From NCBI RefSeq assembly GCF_009914755.1, contig NC_060929.1: 64,000 nt of DNA. The stretch is one strand, 5' to 3'. The stretch comes from the human T2T-CHM13v2.0 reference genome, Homo sapiens. Below, in pieces: positions 61,697-64,000 of this stretch; position 1 is the stretch's first letter, and every line of letters begins with the position of its first letter. Both the position numbers and the translations under genes were made by a program. The notes under the pieces were generated by a model. That model saw nothing but the letters and a program-made list of their open reading frames with translations. It was not told where the DNA came from and searched no databases.

Positions 61697-62110
61697 ATGT
61701 GAAATAAGCTAGGCACAGAAGGACAAATATACGATCTCACTCATTTCTGGGAACTGGAGAAGCTGATCTCACAGAAGTACAGAGTGAATAGTGATTACTA
61801 GAAGATGGGGAGTGGAGGGGAGGCTGTAGAATAAGGGATAGGAGAGATTGGTCAACAGTAGAAAATAATAGTTACATAGGAGGAATAAGGTCTGGTATTC
61901 TACTGTACAGTAAGGTGACTACAGTTAACCATATTGTATTGTATATTTCAAGATAACTAGAAGAGAGGATTTTGAATTCCTCTCATTACAAAGAAATTAT
62001 AGATGTTTGAGGCAATGAATATTATAAATACCCTGATTTGATGATTATATAATATATACAGGTATTGAATATGTATGTGTCAATTAGAAATAAAATAAAA
62101 CTTTAAAAAA
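61697..62110 (+). mobile_element. L1MA 3' end
   Basis: gtgaaataagctaggcacagaaggacaaata...aggaggaataag...aataccctgatttgatgattata...A-rich tail. Confidence 0.85.
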
Positions 62111-62224
62111 ACTTATTATTTCTTTATTGAATAGCCTTGGCATCTTTATTGAAAATCAATGAGCCATTTATGTGAAAATATATTTCTGTTCTGTCTGATT
62201 CGAGTTATATTAATTTAATTGAGC

Positions 62225-62566
62225 TTTTTAAATAAATAGCTTTGGTTTCATTGATTTTCCTCTGTGGCTTTTCTGGTTTTCAGCTTTATAAATTTCTGTA
62301 CTTATCTTTATTGTTCCCTTTTGGCTGTTTGAGATTAGCTTTCTATTTTTTTTGGTTTTATTTCTTAAGGTGAATGCATAAATAATTGATTTGAAACCTC
62401 CCTTATTTTCTGCAAGCATTTAATATTATGAATGTTCTTCTAAGAGATGCTTTGGCTGCATCACACAAATTTTGATATATTGTGGTTGTATTTTTCTTTA
62501 ATTCAAAATATTTTCTAATTTCCCTTTTGTCTGCTTTTTTGACTCATGGATTATTTACCAGCATGT
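62225..62566 (-). mobile_element. Old L1M ORF2-region fragment
   Basis: agctttggtttcattgattttcctct...gctttggctgcatcacacaaattttgatat...tttgactcatggattattta. Confidence 0.75.
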
Positions 62567-63289
62567 TGTACTGTGCTCTGTTTAATAGGGACACAGTTAT
62601 TTGATCTAGTGCAAAAAAAAAAAAATAGAGTGCCTGAACCACAGAGAACAGGATAGTAACTATTATTAATCTGCAGTATTAATCACAAAACCAACTAAAA
62701 GCCCTATTTGGCAAATCCCTTGAACCCTGGTACCATAGATTGGAAAGCTATTGCAAGAATTATGTAAATATTAAATTTATAATGCCTAGTAAAAGTCCCT
62801 GCAAATTTTAAGTCCTTAAGTGTTTTTATTTTATTTTTTATTTATTTTTTTTTTTGCCATCCCTTTCTCACTGCTTCATTTTGCAATGCCAGCACCATGT
62901 ATCACATGTTAATACAGGAAGAGAACTTTCTAATATTTTTCTAAAAGTTAATATATTCTTAAATGGTTAATAAAATATAAAACTGTATGCTTTATGGTAA
63001 CCTCTTTGCACCATTTAAATCACAAAAACAAAATTTAAAGAAGGAAAAGTACTAGCACTAGGTAAAAACATTATATATTTTTCCAAACAGTGTTATAATA
63101 GTGTATTTTTTTTTCTTAAAAGACTAGGTTTCTTAGTGTGTTGGCATTTTACAAATCAGTAGGATATTGGTGAATTACAAAATGGAAGTGGGACTCACGT
63201 CTATATTTTTTGCTTTTTCTTTCTTCATAGTTAAATGGAAGTACTGTTGAACGCATTTATTCACTCATATTTGGTCAAGATCTTGACAA

Positions 63290-63850
63290 ATTTATTGGTT
63301 GCTGGATACTTTTATATCACTACGAAAATTTCTGAGCTTTCTTCAGGACATGGCTTAGTTGGAAACAACTTGATTCTTTCAGGTCTTGCTTTTAAGCACT
63401 AATTTTCTTTCCTAGTGAGACAAAATCCTTTGCATTCTAACCTGCAATCCTTGAAATAGGAGGTTTTCTATCCTGGTTGGTGTGAACAGACACTTATCTC
63501 AATCATGCTTAAACATCAGCTACTGTTCTTTCAGGTGTTTCTTTTACTGGAGATGGGTAATTTCTTCACAGGCATGCATGATTAATAATCAGCTGTGTAC
63601 TGAAAGGGGACCTTCTGAAGATTTCTGGAGTTCTGGCTTTGCACATCTCCCTTCTCTCTTTAGTAGTATGCCTTGCAAATTCTAGGCATCTGGGCTTCCT
63701 CAAATTTCCAACTCTGTCTGCTCAACTCAGGGAGACGACTGCATCTGACTGAATTTTCTATCCCTGCACCACACCCTAGTAACTTTCTCCAGCTGAGGTA
63801 GTCTTAGCGCTTACCTTATTTGTTTCTCTCAGGGATTGCTGCCTTTTATT
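63290..63850 (-). mobile_element. Old L1M 5'-region fragment
   Basis: ttggaaacaacttgattctttcaggtcttgcttttaag...aactctgtctgctcaactcagggagac...tctcagggattgct. Confidence 0.6.
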
Positions 63851-64000
63851 TTTTTTATTTTATTTTTTTTTGCCAGACTGTTTCTTAAGTGCTCATACCT
63901 TTCACTGGATTTTTATAAGAATCAAATCATAAAAATGATTTGTAAACCACAAAATTGTATGTAATCATTAGATTGTTTTACTACTATAAGATAATCAACT

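Overview
AT-rich primate (human-like) genomic DNA, shown by AluJ/S/Y, THE1, LTR1, MER51, L1 and L2/MIR repeats. There is no prokaryotic content and no intact protein-coding gene. Almost all ORFs in the supplied track are repeat-derived or chance. About half of the window is interspersed repeats, including a ~10 kb nest (L1 > ERV1 provirus > full THE1 + AluY) with recognisable target-site duplications. A candidate last exon plus 3'UTR of an unidentified plus-strand gene starts at 6001. The main novel signal is in the unique sequence: a series of minus-strand AG...GT-bounded exon-like segments from ~58 kb down to ~18.6 kb, possibly to ~4 kb. Their hand translations contain stops and frameshifts but repeatedly show spectrin-repeat-like (nesprin/dystrophin-type) helix motifs, suggesting a decayed multi-exon gene (possible unitary pseudogene). 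There are also several local templated-duplication scars, including a 57-bp near-perfect inverted repeat covering one of those splice acceptors. Repeat subfamily names and protein similarities are recognised by eye and were not confirmed by any search.
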